From: Rhynchopus sp. YZ270_cl-10
Lineage: Eukaryota
Direction of reading: 5' to 3'
NCBI GenBank assembly: GCA_964035575.1
Contig: OZ037837.1
Coordinates: forward strand, 124,001 to 188,000
Length of the DNA: 64,000 bases
In this document: piece after piece, positions 33,875-45,555 of the stretch
How positions within the stretch are numbered: the first letter of the stretch is position 1
How the letters are laid out: every line of letters begins with the position of its first letter
Notes under the pieces: model-generated
What the model was told of the DNA's origin: nothing
Databases searched by the model: none
Seen by the model: the letters and a program-made list of their open reading frames with translations, nothing else
Position numbers and translations under genes: made by a program

Positions 33875-35368
33875 CCTTTTGTCTTTACGCTCTCTTCTGC
33901 TTCTTTCTTTCTTTATTTATTTACTATGTGTTTGATGATCTGTGGAGGCTGTGTGTGGGTGTGTCGCAGAAGTTACTAAACCCCTACCACTGTCGTTCCC
34001 TCACACTCAAAACATACATGAGAGAAGAACACAAAACCTGCTGATGCAGAATCGTGCACAGCACACTCCACTCTCCTCACTATGTGTAACAACTCAGGAA
34101 GTGAGTCACAGCCTGGAAGGACCACCTTGTGGAAAGACATCAAGGTTGCGAGAACAGCGTTGAAATAGTAGGATCGGTAAGCAACGTTGATTCGGTGATT
34201 GCACAAAATCCTCCTGTTTTAGGGATGATTGGCGAACGTACCGGTATTACTACCTCTCCAAGCTTCGTAGGAATAAAAGTGAAATACCCCCCCTTCTTTA
34301 TCTTTTCGCTGTTTGTTTTTTGTTGATCGCATCCATGCAATTCATCAAACCACAAAAGTCCGAAAACCCCCCTACACCCGACAACCCGTCCTGAAGTACG
34401 GGGGAGAGGTGGAACACAAAAGGGGGGAAGGGGAGAACGGTAAGACTCTGGATGGCAACTGAAGAGGGCGTCGTTCATTTCCAGACGTATTGCATACTGT
34501 ACAAAAAAAAGTATCCCAGCGCAGTATGCTATGGGATATCACTTATCCGGTCCTTTCCTCCTTATCCAGACTATACGCAGGGCAAAAAGGTCGAGCCTGG
34601 CTATGACTGCGTGCGGCCACGTCCTCTTCCTCTGTCACACCCTCCATCCTGTGGGATGTGTAGAACGGCACAGACACGACCTTTGCAGGATTCGGCGCAA
34701 GTATCAGCAGCCCGGGCAGGTACACGTGACGCAGCGATCGGCTGCACCTGGCGGGTCATCAGCAACCCATGGTGCACAGCGACGTCACCTGCACAGCCAT
34801 GTAGACTATGATGCAGTGCAGTGGGTTCCACGTGTGCGCAATCTTTACACACAGCAATCATGCAGCTCCGGATCCGCGTCGCTGCAACGGAGCGTGAACA
34901 GCGTGCCATGAATGCCCAATGAAAGGAAGCTGGCGCCTGATGGGTTGCACCCGTCTGCAGCACATAAGTCCTTCGTTCCCGTCACCACGTCAAGTTGCTC
35001 CTCACCGGAGTGTACGAAAACTCCCGCAATCTGTCGGCGGGTGCTGTACTATGGTGTCCTGCTCAAACACTGCTGTTTCCACAGTCCGACGCCGTCCAAC
35101 GTGCATGTGAACGACGCAAGACCATGTGTGCAGCCATCGCCTCAACCGTCGCACCTGTGGCACCTTTCAACAATAGGTGATACACTACAAGTAGTGACGT
35201 TCTAGTCTGACACCACTGCAGTACCCAGGATTCTGCTTCTTCTGCAGATGGCCTCCCAGCGTCGTCTGTCGCAAACCCGAAGCGTCGTCGTGTCAGGTAC
35301 ACACAGATAGCCTGTGTGTACGGGATAGCTCCTGCAGGTTCTGCGCCTACGCCAAGTACTCAGCAGCG

Positions 35369-35516
35369 TCATTGCACCTTCCCTCCGAAGCTTGTGTCAA
35401 AGCCGTCTTCGCACAACTCTGCTGCAGACGCCACCTTCCGCCGTATGTCCGCAGTTGTATCGTCCGCACCAACTTGACTGTGTGTACTTCTCTCCGTCAA
35501 AGCTCTGCATTTCCAT
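35369..35516 (-). pseudogene. Decayed Ubl cassette of the Ubl-LRR family
   Basis: QVGADDTTADIRRKVASAAELCEDGFDTSFGGK matches the Ubl of the LRR genes. Frameshifted relative to ATG 35516 and followed by a stop. Confidence 0.7.
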
Positions 35517-37090
35517 CGTGTTGTAAAGCAATGGAGTCCAGAAACCTTAGACATAAAAAATAGCGAAATACAAAAAACCAGCTCGTGTGGAAGAAGAAAA
35601 GGAGAGGAAAATATTGGGGTGACGTTTTTGGGTACGGGGCGGAGAATAAAATATGTTCGATAAAAGAAATGCAATCTTTTTATTTCATCTTGTTCAAAAA
35701 AAGGAAGATATCTCCATCAAAAAAGGCTGTGGGGTGGGGATACAAAGCCACTGGAAGAAGATTTCCACCTTTGGAGCTTTGTGAGCACTGAACAGATTTG
35801 CTTTTTGTATTATACTATAGGTCAAAGACAGGGAGGGGGAGGGGAGGGGAGGGGAGAGGGACACCGTACAGTACCAAGCACACCCGTAAGCCCAGCCAGC
35901 AAGCTGACTGGGCGAACCGTAGGTACTGGCCATAAGGCCCAAACCCTCGGAACAACAAGGCTCCTCGAAGTGCATGACCCAGTGCACCGGGTGGACCCCC
36001 AACCATGCGGTCCTACATCCATTTCGAGGTTGATGCCAACAACAAAAGCAACAAAATATTGTGGTGCACGTGTTTTACTTTGCAGTATGATTTTAAGATA
36101 CAATAAGAACTACGCGAACCACGAGAGAAAAAAGGGGATTTATTTTTAAAAACGAAGCAGGCCGTATTTGCTCACACACCCCCCGTCAAGTGTCTGTCAG
36201 GTCTGTTCATAAAATTGGGTGGAGAGCATGGGTGATAAAAACAACAATTTCTAGGGGTGTGGGGATCCCACTGTGGGGTTGGGGGCGCATATACATGGTT
36301 GAGTCCGGTTTAACGTACTGTTAACGATAGTGCGCACAAACCCATATATTATTATTTTGTGGGGAAAAAATTGCTGCGAAAAATCTCTTTTGAATCATCT
36401 TCGCACTTTCCGGATGAGAAGCATATGTGAAGTATTTCAACATAATCAAGAATTCAATAAATTGATAGCATAGGAGGAGGGATAAATTTGAAAATATATC
36501 CATTCCGCTTGATCAGATCTCGACTGTTTGTTGCATTGCACGCTTCCACCATCGGTGGCAGAGCACAAAAGGGTAAAATGAAAACATATCGGGTGGGGTC
36601 CCTGATCTAATCTGTGCGGCTGTATATATTTACCCTAACACTCCATGTTTGGCCAGGGCCTCTCCAGCGCGTCAGTTGCAAAAAAATATGCTCCTAACTT
36701 TTATGTGGTATGTTTTGCAAAACGTAAAAAATCTTAACGTACACTCTCTGTTGATTCTAAAACGGGGGAGGGTAAAAAAGCGCGAAAGGTAAATTGGGGA
36801 AGAGGTTGAAAAGTTGGAACGCTTCCTCACACCATTTTTTTTTTTTGAATAAATAAATAAAACTCCTCTCGAAATTGTTCAATACTGAACTGAGAGAAAG
36901 AAGAAACCCCAAACCCTCCCAGACCAAACAGTCTAACCTGTTGTATTGACATAGTGTGGGGAGAATGAGGAGCACAGGAATCGTCTTCGCGCATACTAAA
37001 AGATTTCCTACGATATGTCACAAGTGTCATGTCACCGAAAAAGGAAAACGTTTCATCAAAAAAGAATACAAAATAATGCTAATATACATA

Positions 37091-37965
37091 CAATGCAACG
37101 AGGCCGAGTCGGCCTCGCCAAGGCCTGAAAATAAATACTCAGGCGTGCCTGAGGCGTACTCGGGATTAGTTACGTTTAAGTACGCCTCAGGCACGCCTGA
37201 GTATATTTATATTTCTTACCAGCACTTTGGTCATGAACAAAAAAGTATTTCCCCCCAAATTTTGTGGCTTTCGATTCAGAGGTAGCAAAATCTTTCAAAT
37301 GCGGGGTCGCACGATGAAAAATGTGCCTGTGGGCCGAGCGAGTCGAAAAAATGAAAAGGGTTCGCTAAGCTTTGGTGCTGATGATATATATTTTGGTGGT
37401 TCCAATGATTCAAGAATCATTGGAAACAAATGTCGGGGTGCTTTTCGACTGGTTCCCTTCGGGGCCCAACTTGATGCAAGACGGAAGAGGCTCACACAAG
37501 GCTGGACCCTCTAACACTAGAGAGATCCCATCGAGATCCCAGAATTTTACACAGGCCTCCTTGATCCACAGACCACAGCTCTATTTTTAGTACAACTATG
37601 GGGTGACCAAAGGACTTTTTTACACATACCCGAGGTATGACTCATCTTCTGCGAAGCCTCTTTTTAGGAGGCAGTTTACTGTAAGCAGTAACCATGATAT
37701 TTTTCCTTTAAAAAAATTGTCCGACCCCTGAATTTTTTCAGATCGCTCCGGAAATGCATCAGAGGCCCTTTTTGCGGGGGGAAAATACACACCAGGCGCC
37801 TGAAACGCAAGTATGCGTTGATATATACTCAGGCGTGCCTGAGGCGTACTTAAACGTAACTAATCCCGAGTACGCCTCAGGCACGCCTCAGTGACGCCTC
37901 AGGCACGCCTCAGATATATTTTCCAGATATGAGTATTTTCAGGCGTACCCGGCCTCGTTGCATTG
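37091..37965. mobile_element. MITE with TA target duplication (Tc1/mariner-type ends)
   Basis: TA|CAATGCAACGAGGCCG ... CGGCCTCGTTGCATTG|TA. Subterminal inverted blocks TACTCAGGCGTGCCTGAGGCGTACT on both sides. Absent from the paralogous segment at ~30170. Confidence 0.85.
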
Positions 37966-38918
37966 TATGAATATAGTTCTTCGCATCATGCGATATGCAT
38001 ACCTGTCGGGGCGGGTGGGGGTTTTACAAAAAATAAAAAAAAGAGAGAAACTGCCATACCCAATTGCAATAAATGAAGCGACACCACATCTCTTTAGGTT
38101 AGGGGGCTGTCTTGAATCAAGATTACCTATCACTGATTGGTGTGGAGGGAGAGATGTCGGGACACTTGTCATGCAAGAAAGGGTGTGCATGGCTGAAACA
38201 AAAATGGGGTAAAATGATGATAAAAAAAACAAAACATGAAGATGTACCTCACGGTTACACAAAAACACAGCAATATGACATCATTGCCTGAAAATTAACA
38301 CTCACCCAGTACCTCATGTGCCCACGTTTTGTGAATAGCCCCAAAAAGCACACAGTTTTCCCTGCGGTCTTTAGAAGACAGTAACAGTGCTGGTAAGTTG
38401 CATATATTACAATGCAACTTTCTCTGACACAAGATTACACACCACAAACAGAAACACAGTCGATTACCAAGTGAGCAAAGTTACACACGCCTATAGAACC
38501 TCACCCGTCTACGTTTTATTAGATCACAGATCGGTGCCGTCTGAGAGACAGCGTAATTTGCAGCAAGTGCACTCGTAAGGGAAGCACACGCTGAATATAC
38601 TGGAGGTGGGGAAATCTTTGGGGGACAAAAAGGGGGAGAAAAGAAAGGGGAAAACAGGGAATTTCAGACAGGGTGGAGAAAATCGGGGGGGAGTGGGCGT
38701 CAATGAAAAACAAAAAAAAAATATCAAACTACATACTGTAAAATCGTTTAATTTGTCACCTACAATAATGTGACAGAATAGCAAAAATGATGACAAAATG
38801 ACAAATTATATAAGTGACACATTATTATGATGATTTAATTATGTTTTGGGACCACAGACGGGGAGCTGGTTCTGATACTGCAGTGGAGAAGGTGTTCAGG
38901 TTGTTGGTTTTGAGAAAA

Positions 38919-38973
38919 GACGCTGCAGACCAAGGGGGTTCTGCGGAGCAGAACCCCCTTGGTCTGCAGCGTC
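38919..38973. repeat. Perfect hairpin, 26-bp stem with GGA triloop
   Basis: GACGCTGCAGACCAAGGGGGTTCTGC-GGA-GCAGAACCCCCTTGGTCTGCAGCGTC. Confidence 0.9.
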
Positions 38974-41276
38974 ACAGGAAGCAACGCTTTCCCGCTGGCA
39001 CTGGCTGATATCGGGAAGGCTTCGTATGTGAGCGGCCGCGGCCGCTTCCGTCCCTACGGGGATCTGCTGTCTACTGAGGATAGGTTGCAGTGCTAATACA
39101 GAAAGTATCACTCAAGGCTGTACTTTAAAAAGTAGACACAAAATAACACGGATCGGAAAAGTACTTTGCCCAAAAGTAAAGTACTTTTCCAAAAAAAAAA
39201 GTACTTGAAGAAAAAAAAGTACTTTTTTTTTTTCTGTGCAAAAATTGTACGGACATGGCTTCATAAATATATTGAATATCGTCAATATATTGATTTGGTG
39301 ATGAATATTATTGATTGAATATTGAAAGTGTCAATAATATTGACTGAAAACTGTCAATATTTCAATAATATTGAAATATTGATCATATTATTGAATATTG
39401 ACGTTGCAGTGCCTGCTTTTTCCTTGACGGGAGGCCATAGCTGAGAATAAGACTTGGGGACCCGGGACCCGGTTATTCTCAGTGGGACTGGGCACAATAT
39501 GTCGAAAACGCTGTGAAAACGCCTGAAAGCGGGTCAGGGACCCGGGCGCGGGAGGGTGGAGGGGTATTCCCAGTCCCTAGGACTGGGACTGTACCCAGTG
39601 CCCAGTACCCGTCCTAGTTCTAGTCCTGGGACAGTACCCGGGACCCGGCTTAATCTCAGCTCCCCTCCAGCCACAGAGTGGAGAGGCAAAGGGTCAAACT
39701 TTTCTGTTGAAGCCATGTGCGCAACATTTCAAAGATTGTGCCATAAATCGCACATTATACACTATAGCATGGATAGGGTAGAGCTGTGGGCTACCGCTCG
39801 TAATTCCTAAACACTTGTGTTTAGGTTTTTAAGGTTGCTGCCCTCCCAGTACCCTCCTGGTGCACCCACCCGAAAATGCACCAAAGTGTAAGATTTTTTC
39901 GGCGTTGGAAAGATTGGGCCTCAAAAATGCGGATCACCAAATCAGATATGTGAGAGATTTGTTTTTAATTCCTATTTTCGTGTCGCGAGTTTACGTGGGA
40001 AATGCTTTAGAAACGTGCGTTCCTTAAGTACCCTATGGGCAAAACAGGCGTTTTTCACCAAAAACAGGGATTTTCGCCTTTTTGGGTGGTTTTTTGGGCC
40101 CCTATGGACTGGGAAACGCGATTCTGGGGTGCTAGAACCAGGTCTAGGCCGCACAGGGGTACTTCTGTGGGCAAAAACAACCCACAAAACCATGCACTGC
40201 GTTGTGTTCTGTGACCATTCAGGTGTTTTAGCTAGTGTACGAGGCGTTGCGATCGATTTGGTTTCGTTCTCGCTCATCAACCACACGAGCTAGCAAAAAA
40301 TATTTAGGATTCGCAAAACCAAATTTTGTCCGCGCCGCAGGCGCACAGTGCGCTACTTTTTTATGAGAGTTGCGAACATACATTTGAAAAATCCATCCAT
40401 CCACATGTCTTTTTTTATGAGAGGATCAGTGAGTAAATAGTTCCGCTTATGGGCCCAGGAGGCTTCCCCTGGTCAGGGGTGGGGTTTGCTGCTTGGAGAG
40501 GAGGTTCTTCTGGGTACAGAACGAGAAAAAAGAGTAGTTGAAACGTGCTTAAAACGCAGTCGAGCTCATGCAAATGTGGGTGTTCCGTACCGTAAGAGAA
40601 CGGAGGCGGTTCACAACCGCTCGACGAATCACGCGACCTCTTTATACCCCAGCCTTTTTAACAACCAAAAAAACTCTATGATTTTGCACGTGTTACCGTG
40701 GGACTCTAAGGGCAATCATGGCTCAATTCGTAAACGCGCACGTGCCATTCAATGCCATCGCGGGGGAGCGACTTGCCTTGTGGCATCAGATGGCTCCATA
40801 GTGGGGGGATCTACGCGGACAGTGTAGAGGGGGTAGGGTGGGGGGCGGCATTCTCTACCTGGCTTCTGAAGAAGGGTGTCTTCCCTTGGGGCTACCGCGA
40901 AGTGCAATGCGGACTCGAGAAGTCATGTGGAATTTTGTCATAGTTGGTATCACACAAGTCGCCATATTTTTTGCATTTTTTGGTCCGAAGTTCAATTACC
41001 AGTCCTGGAAATTGGGGCAAATTTTTTTGTGCCTCAACTCGGGCATGTTTTTATGTGTGGTGCACGAGTTGTGTGAGGTTGAAAGATGCAGAACCAGTTT
41101 CCAAGGGGCGCAAGACCATTGTGTGAAGGAAAGTGTCAATATATTGATCAATATATTGATCAATATTTGCAAATATTGAATGGGAAATTTACACGGTAAA
41201 AGTGTCAATATATTGAAAATTTCCTACGTGATATTGATCAATATATTGATATTGAAAAAAACGTGAAAAAAAATAT

Positions 41277-42215
41277 CAGTCCTATTCGTGGTCATTTACC
41301 CCCCCCCCTAAATTTACCCCCCCCCCTTATTTTACCCCCTTTTTCAGAAAAAAACGGTTCAGGCCAAAATAACATGGTAATTTACCCCCCCCCCCCCCCC
41401 CCTTATAATACCCTGTTGCGGCTGGTACTTTACCCCCCTGGGGGGGTAAAGTACCAGCCACCAGGTAATTTTTGGGTACTTATCGCCGCAACACGCCAGG
41501 TGGTGTTTTGTCACGAGTGACCTAAACCCACGAGCGAAGCGAGGGGGTTCAGGGAACGAGTGGCAAAACACCACCTGGCGTGTAATTATGGGGTAATAGT
41601 TTCACTTAGTGCAGCGCATACCTGTTTTGCTTTATGGTTTGCTGGGAGGGGCTGATGTGTTCAGCGGGTCGTACATCCGTAGACTGTAGGACTCGTCTGA
41701 TTTGAAGCTGGAGACAAGCTCGAAATGAGGAAAGGGGTAAAGTGCAAATAATCCTTCACCCTGTTTTGCATCGCGTGTGCAGGTAGATGGGTGCAGGTGG
41801 GTACGGTTCTGCTGCGTGGGCGATACGTTTGGGACACGTCACGGAATCTGAGGCAACATCGTGATCCCTGACCAGTCATGGTTCAGGCACGGGCAGAAAG
41901 ATGATGTGGATGATGTGGATCCATGATGCATGACTGCTTGCGATGTCGCAAGGAAGTGAGGAATTTTTTTCAGACGACACATTTGTCATGAGAGCATGTG
42001 TTGTCACACTGTGTTGTGCAAAAATTTACCCCACCGTGTATGAAAAAGTCCCCCCTTCCCACCCAAAAACATGACCAAACCCATAACATGGTAATTTACC
42101 CCCCCCCCCCCCTTACCCCCTCATTTACCCCCCCCCCTTATTTTACCCCCCTATTTCCAAAATTTCCGGTTCACCGACCCAAAGGGGGGGGGGTAAATTA
42201 CCACGAATAGGACTG
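41277..42215. mobile_element. Nested element 4: TIR element with apparent AT duplication, inserted in the right end of element 3
   Basis: AT|CAGTCCTATTCGTGGTCATTTACCCCCCC ... GGGGGGGTAAATTACCACGAATAGGACTG|AT. TTTACCCCC modules. Confidence 0.8.
41491..41583. repeat. Short palindromic element centred on GAGCGAAGCGAG
   Basis: ACACGCCAGGTGGTGTTTTG ... CAAAACACCACCTGGCGTGT. Confidence 0.8.
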
Positions 42216-42475
42216 ATTGAATATATTTATGAAGCCATGTACGGAGGAAAAAAAAAAAAGTACTTTTTTTTTTCCCGTCAAAAATTGTACGGAGAAAAAA
42301 AATAAAAAGTACTTTTTTTTTTCCAGTGTTCTAAATTTTTTTTACAGGAAAAAAAAAAAGTACTTTTTATTTTTTCTCTCCGTACAATTTTTGATGGAAA
42401 AATAAAAAGTACTTTTTGTTTTTTCAAGTACTTTTTTTTTTTCCTGTACAATTTTGATGAAAAAAAAAAAAGTAC

Positions 42476-43134
42476 TTTATCCACGCGCGTGAAGCTTTAT
42501 TTTCCTCGCCCACCCAAAAGTACGTGGAGGGGTGTGAAAATAAAATTTTTATTTTCACCCTGTGAAAATAAAAATTTTATTTTCACCGTTTTTTTTCACC
42601 CGTCTTAAGCCCCCAAACACCCCCAAACTCACCCTATTTTTTTCGAGTTTTTTTTTTCCCCAGGGTATCTGGACTGGGGTGGGGGGACGGGGCGTGCATG
42701 GTGGTAGCTACAAACTTGTTGGAGTAGCCCTCGAGCTGTGTCAGCGGAGGTAATATATTTTAGGGTAAATTGCGATAGCACGTACAAAAAGTGTGCGTGT
42801 TATCGCGAACAAAAACGTACGTGTTTTCCCCAGGTACCCAGTACCAGTACCCCCAATGACATAACGAAGTATCGCTTGAAAGTATCGTTCAATAACCTTG
42901 GGTGTGCAGGTGAAGTAGGGCACACAAGGTATATCAAACGATAAATCAATCAGATAAACGTTACATCATTGGAAAATTGTTGGCACCGCCCCCCTGTCTT
43001 CGTATTTAGTACGTCGACAGGCCAAACAGCGTTGGGCTCAGAAGAAGCGGTGCAAGACACTGGAGATCCACACTACAGGTCTCACACGACACTTGGGCGG
43101 GCTCGGAAAATAAAGCTTCACACTTATGGATAAA
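42476..43134. mobile_element. TIR-bounded element inside nested element 2, carrying the repeat shared with 1206-1420
   Basis: TTTATCCA.....GTGAAGCTTTATTTTCC ... GGAAAATAAAGCTTCAC.....TGGATAAA. TSD not resolved. Confidence 0.6.
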
Positions 43135-43142
43135 ATTATGTC

Positions 43143-43285
43143 TTGGAGTAGAAAATAAGCGTTTTTTTCACCTCGTTGGTGTTTTCAACCCTCGTGACTT
43201 TAATTCCCTCGCTTCGCTCGTGAATTAAAGTAACTCGGGTTGAAAACACCAACTCGGTGAAAAAAACGACTTATTTTCACTCCAA
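43143..43285. repeat. Palindromic element centred on CTCGCTTCGCTCG
   Basis: Arms GTTTTTTTCACCTCGTTGGTGTTTTCAACCC / GGGTTGAAAACACCAACTCGGTGAAAAAAAC. Confidence 0.8.
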
Positions 43286-43818
43286 TAAATAGCTATTTTT
43301 TTTCGAAAAGTGAAAAAGTACTTTTTTTGACCAAAAAATATCACTTTTTAAAAAAGTACTTTTCCGAACCGTGAAATAACCATAAACATAAATTAAATCA
43401 TCATTTAATGTGACACATATTATTAGGGTGTGACAAAGTTTATTTATGACTGATATTTCAAATCAGTTAATTAAATTGTGACAAATTAAACGATTTTACA
43501 GTAAGCGAATGCTTTTGTAGTTCACTTTTTGTTTTGTTGTTGAATTGAGGAAGCGTGTTTTACAAAGTTTTGCACTAAAATTGTCCTCGTATGCTATGAA
43601 ACTAAGTGGCAACACTCTTAGTTTAGGCGCAGAAGCCTTAAACCAAGTTGGCACACTGCAACTGATAAAACGAAGGGGGGTGATGCGTGAATCCGCGTCA
43701 TACAGGAAGGGGGTTTGCGAATGAAAAGAATGATGAAAAGAAATAAAATAACAAGAATTTGAACCGCACTCCTATACTATATTTTCCCCTTTTTTATTGT
43801 TTATCCACCCCCCCCCGC

Positions 43819-45066
43819 TAGGGGGTTCCACCAAGGGCGTTTTGCTGTCCAAAACCCATTTTTTTGAAATTTCGGTGAAGAAACCCACTAAAATGGGCGT
43901 GCCTGGCCGCAAATCGCCCTGGGGATCACCCATATATCCCAATAAACCACCTGACGACCTTCACAGAGCATTTCTTGTCCAAAAAAAATCGATTTTTTGT
44001 GAAAAAAGACCCCAAAATTGCGTAACGCTCGCGTAACGCTTGGGGACTAAAATTTAGCACTTGCCAAGAAATTTCTCCAATCAGATAAAACTCCTTCTAA
44101 ACACCCGAAAAACACCCCAGTCCACATCTTCTGGGGTCCCGGGGTGGAAATGTATGGTTTTTACAGCTTTTAGGGGTCCTGGGAGGGTCCCAGACGTATT
44201 CATGAGGGACGGAACCGCTTAAAATGCCCGAATTTACCTCTTTTTTAGGGTGCTTTTTCACCTTAAAAATTCAAAAAAAAGTTCTCAGATAAGCACAGAA
44301 GTGTCCAAACCCCCTCGGAACTACTCGCCAGACCCCCTGCGGGGTGGTGAATCATATTTGCGATCACTTTTTGGGCTATTTTGCCCAAAATAATCACGTG
44401 TCCCACTTTTGTCCCACTTGTCCCAAAATAGCCTAAAATACCCCATTTTGGGACAAGTGAGGCACAAGTGAGGCATGGGGTTATTTTGGGCAAAATAGCC
44501 CAAAAAGTGATCACAAATATGATTCTCCACCCCGCAGGGGGTCTGGCGAGTAGTTCCGAGGGGGTTTGGACACTTCTGTGATTGTCTGAGCACCTTTTTT
44601 TGAATTTTTAGGTGAAAAAGCACCCTAAAAAAGAGGTAAATTCGGGCATTTTAAGCGGTTCCGTCCCTCATGAATACGTCTGGGACCCTCCCAGGACCCC
44701 TAAAAGCTGTAAAAACCATACATTTCCACCCCGGGACCCCAGAAGATGTGGACTGAAGTGTTTTTCGGGTGTTTAGAAGGAGTTTTGTCTGACTGGGAAA
44801 TTTTCTTGGCAAGTGTAAAATTTTGGCCCCCAAGCGTTACGCGAGCGTTACGCAGTTTTGGGGCTTTTTTTCACAAAAAATCATTTTTTTTTAGACAAGA
44901 AATGCTCTGTGAAGGTCGTCAGGTGGTTTATTGGGATATATGGGTGATCCCCAGGGCGATTTGCGGCCAGGCACGCCCATTTTAGTGGGTTTCTTCACCG
45001 AAATTTCAAAAAAATGGGTTTTGGACAGCAAGTCCTTAAGGATTTCCTTATACGTGGAACCCCCTA
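43819..45066. mobile_element. Foldback (Mutator-like) element, about 1.25 kb with ~550-bp inverted arms
   Basis: Termini TAGGGGGTTCCAC / GTGGAACCCCCTA. ~43840-44398 is the near-perfect reverse complement of ~44480-45030. Flanked by A-C(9)-GC and A-C(8)-GC, a probable ~11-bp TSD. Confidence 0.85.
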
Positions 45067-45555
45067 ACCCCCCCCGCAAACAATAAAACAATTATTTTAA
45101 AAAGGGAGAGGTTGTGGTGAAACGCACGCACCTCGATCCTTGGTGAATTGTCGCTCTACACCAACCCGCCCCAGAACAGGAAAAAAGGAAGGGAGTTGGG
45201 GTACATGTTCAATTTCCGTATAATGCTATTTATATTTTGCATCGCATGTAATGATAAAAGAAAAAGAAAGAAGAGTTATGATGCTCGTGATTTTACCATA
45301 AAAAGGTAGTAGGGACAGGAACACAAAACTTGAGAGAAAAAATGTCTGAATGTACGTACTACACGGGGGTGCCACTTTCTGACAAAACAATAAGTTTGAC
45401 CAAGGATAAACAAAACAAAACAAAACAAAACAAACAAAATCTACTCGCAACCGTTGCAACGGAGGCCGCAATTTGACAACAGCAAAACACCTCACAAACG
45501 CACAGTAGTGAACACACCACAGGCACACACAGACCTCTCACAACATCGGCTCTGC

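Larger units (their letters stand above)
39254..42239. mobile_element. Nested element 3: CATGG-ended TIR element, 6-bp TSD TACGGA
   Basis: TACGGA|CATGGCTTCATAAATATATT ... AATATATTTATGAAGCCATG|TACGGA. Subterminal CAATATATTG modules. Confidence 0.85.
39147..43373. mobile_element. Nested element 2: CACGG-ended TIR element, 6-bp TSD AAATAA
   Basis: CACGGATCGGAAAAGTACTTT / AAAGTACTTTTCCGAACCGTG. Body made of AAAAGTACTTTT modules. Confidence 0.8.
38736..43501. mobile_element. Outer element of the nest: TIR element with TA TSD
   Basis: TA|CTGTAAAATCGTTTAATTTGTCAC ... GTGACAAATTAAACGATTTTACAG|TA (24-bp perfect TIR), with looser inverted homology extending ~110 bp. Confidence 0.85.
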
